Source: Gemmatimonadales bacterium (GTDB lineage Bacteria; Gemmatimonadota; Gemmatimonadetes; Gemmatimonadales; GWC2-71-9). From it: a DNA stretch of 64,000 nt. Under the pieces are notes generated by a model, which saw only the letters and a program-made list of their open reading frames with translations, was not told the DNA's origin and searched no databases. Position numbers and translations under genes: made by a program. The stretch lies in contig DASXUE010000049.1 in the NCBI GenBank assembly GCA_036505055.1, positions 11,732 to 75,731 of the forward strand, given 5' to 3'. Each line of letters opens with the position of its first letter. The stretch's first letter is position 1. Shown here one piece after another: positions 62,413 to 64,000 of the stretch.

Positions 62413-62433
62413 GCGCCGACGAAGCGTCGGCGC
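62413..62433 (+). terminator. GC-rich hairpin immediately after the efflux operon
   Basis: GCGCCGAC-GAAGC-GTCGGCGC (8-9 bp perfect stem) begins 6 nt after the stop. No U-tract. Confidence 0.5.
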
Positions 62434-62442
62434 CTGCGAGGT

Positions 62443-62514
62443 ACGGGATGCGGGATGCGAGATACGTGGCGACGAATCGCCAGCGCATCCCGCATCCCGC
62501 TTCTCGCATCCCGG
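62443..62514. repeat. Palindromic GGGATGC/GCATCCC heptamer-repeat element (second intergenic copy)
   Basis: Left arm ACGGGATGCGGGATGCGAGATACG and right arm GCGCATCCCGCATCCCGCTTCTCGCATCCCGG are separated by ~17 nt. Confidence 0.75.
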
Positions 62515-62529
62515 CCTTAGATTCCGGCC

Positions 62530-64000
62530 ATGCGAGCTGCGCTCCTCCTGATCCTGCAGACGGCGAGCGAGGCGGGTCCGGTTTACGACGGCCGTCTGAA
62601 GCAGCTCGACGTCCGCATCCCCCGGATCGAGGCCTCGATCACCGTGGACGGCGCGCTCGACGAGCCCGTGTGGCGCCAGGCCGCCCGGCTGACGGGGTTC
62701 TCGCAGTACCGGCCGGTGGACAGCCGGCCCGCCGAAGATTCGACCGAAGTGCTCGTGTGGTACGCCCCCGACGCGATGTACTTCGGGATCCGCGCCTACG
62801 AGGCGCACGGCAACGTCGTGCGGGCGACGCTCGCCGACCGCGACAACATCGGCGCCGACGACAACGTCCAGATCCTGCTCGACACCTTCAACGACCGCCG
62901 CCGCGCCCTGCTCTTCTCGGTCAACCCGTACGGCGTGCAGGAGGACGGGGTGCGCAGCGAGGGGCTCGCCGGTGCCGCCGGCGGCCAGAACGCGGGTTTT
63001 CGGTTCGACGGGGTGATCGACCTGAACCCCGATTACGTCTATCAGTCGCGGGGCCACCTGACGCCGTGGGGCTACGAGATCGAGGTGCGCATCCCGTTCA
63101 AGAGCCTCCGGTATCAGAGCGGCGCCACACAGGACTGGGGACTCCAGTTCGTCCGCACCACGCAGCACTCGGGCTATGAGGACACCTGGACGCCGGTCGT
63201 TCGCGCCAGCGCGAGCTTCTTGATTCAGTCGGGAAGCCTGAAGGAGTTGACCGGCCTGCGCCGCGGGCTCGTGATGGACCTGAGTCCGGAGTTCACCTCG
63301 CGGGTGAGCGGCTCCCCCGGGGCGACCGAGTACGGCTACGGCCACGTGGATCCCGAGATCGGGGCGAACCTGCGCTGGGGAGTCACGCAGAACCTGAGCC
63401 TCACCGGAACGGCCAACCCCGACTTCTCCCAGGTCGAGGCCGACGTCGGGCAGGTGACCGTGAACCAGCGGTTCGCGCTGTTCTTCCCCGAGAAGCGGCC
63501 ATTCTTTCTCGAGGGGCTCGAGCAATTCGACACGCCCAACGCGCTGATCTACACGCGCCGCATCAGCGCGCCCGTCGCGGGAGCGAAGCTGACCGGGAAG
63601 GTCGGTGGAACGGCCGTGGCCTACATCGGGGCCGTGGACGACGACGCCCTGTCGGCAACGGCTGACCACCCGATCGTGAATCTGCTACGGTTGCGGCGCG
63701 ACCTGGGCCGGAGCTCGACCCTCGGTCTCGCCTACACCGATCGTGTCGAAGGAGATGCCTACAACAGGGTCCTCGGTCTCGACGCTCGCGTGGTCTGGAA
63801 GAAAATCTGGTTCTCCGATGCGCAGATCGCGGGGTCGTGGACGCAGGATGCCGGCGGCGTCCAGGCGGGGAAGCTGTGGGATGTCACTCTCTACGACCTC
63901 ACCGGCCGCTCCTATGGGAACCACGCTGAGATCGTCGGGATCAGCCCCGACTTCCGGGCGTCGAGCGGGTTCGTGAATCGCGTGAACATCGTGCAGGCCC
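62530..64000 (+). CDS. DUF5916 / CBM9-like domain protein, N-terminal part (3' end lies right of the window)
   Basis: The frame is open from ATG 62530 to the window edge. It is not in the ORF track because no stop is reached. Motifs ITVDGALDEPVW, DDNVQILLDTFNDRRRA and NPDFSQVEADVGQVTVNQRFALFFPEKRPFFLEG. Confidence 0.75.
   Translation, partial: MRAALLLILQTASEAGPVYDGRLKQLDVRIPRIEASITVDGALDEPVWRQAARLTGFSQYRPVDSRPAEDSTEVLVWYAPDAMYFGIRAYEAHGNVVRATLADRDNIGADDNVQILLDTFNDRRRALLFSVNPYGVQEDGVRSEGLAGAAGGQNAGFRFDGVIDLNPDYVYQSRGHLTPWGYEIEVRIPFKSLRYQSGATQDWGLQFVRTTQHSGYEDTWTPVVRASASFLIQSGSLKELTGLRRGLVMDLSPEFTSRVSGSPGATEYGYGHVDPEIGANLRWGVTQNLSLTGTANPDFSQVEADVGQVTVNQRFALFFPEKRPFFLEGLEQFDTPNALIYTRRISAPVAGAKLTGKVGGTAVAYIGAVDDDALSATADHPIVNLLRLRRDLGRSSTLGLAYTDRVEGDAYNRVLGLDARVVWKKIWFSDAQIAGSWTQDAGGVQAGKLWDVTLYDLTGRSYGNHAEIVGISPDFRASSGFVNRVNIVQA

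Noticed and set aside
32329-62514. Heptamer repeat arrays as a possible CRISPR array
   Set aside because: The repeat unit is only 7 nt and there are no unique spacers of 25-40 nt. Copies are dispersed rather than in one array, and no cas genes are present.
1-64000. Search for mobile elements, prophage, defence islands, tRNA/rRNA genes
   Set aside because: No transposase, integrase, phage structural, restriction-modification, toxin-antitoxin or cas-like translations were seen in any frame. No tRNA-like cloverleaf signatures were noticed in the few intergenic regions.

Overview
This is a very GC-rich, extremely gene-dense chromosomal segment from a diderm bacterium. TolC, an Lgt-like gene, lipoprotein signal peptides and a MacAB-type efflux system support the diderm call. 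The protein flavour resembles soil Gemmatimonadota/Acidobacteriota-type lineages, but that is an unverified inference. I call about 58 protein genes, and many are joined by overlapping stop/start codons (GTGA/ATGA). I saw no rRNA, tRNA, CRISPR array, transposase, integrase or prophage genes. Gene content is mostly housekeeping or accessory metabolism: seven peptidases/amidohydrolases plus an OPT peptide transporter, base-excision repair genes (Fpg fragment, PolX, Nth), an NfeD/SPFH pair, an acyl-CoA dehydrogenase, an ECF-sigma/TolC/MacAB efflux operon and an ArnT-like/AsnB/HD/PLD envelope cluster. The observations most worth a second look are these. (1) A secreted Bcp-type peroxiredoxin is split by an in-frame TGA exactly at the peroxidatic-Cys codon, with a hairpin just downstream. 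It is a candidate selenoprotein, and it sits convergent to a tlpA-ccdA periplasmic reductant pair. (2) An Lgt-like / small membrane protein / radical-SAM / small membrane protein cluster, where the radical-SAM enzyme has the rubredoxin-like N-terminus and Cys-rich C-terminus reminiscent of tetraether/membrane-spanning lipid synthases. (3) An operon of three tandem paralogous membrane Ser/Thr kinases that share an unnamed 4-TM plus helical C-terminal module. (4) A 3295-aa lipoprotein-like surface protein containing four ~255-aa tandem repeats. (5) A dispersed palindromic repeat family built from the heptamer GCATCCC/GGGATGC. It occurs in intergenic hairpins and also in-frame inside three coding sequences. 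(6) A canonical fluoride riboswitch upstream of crcB-DUF190. All functional calls come from reading motifs in the ORF translations; no database search was possible.
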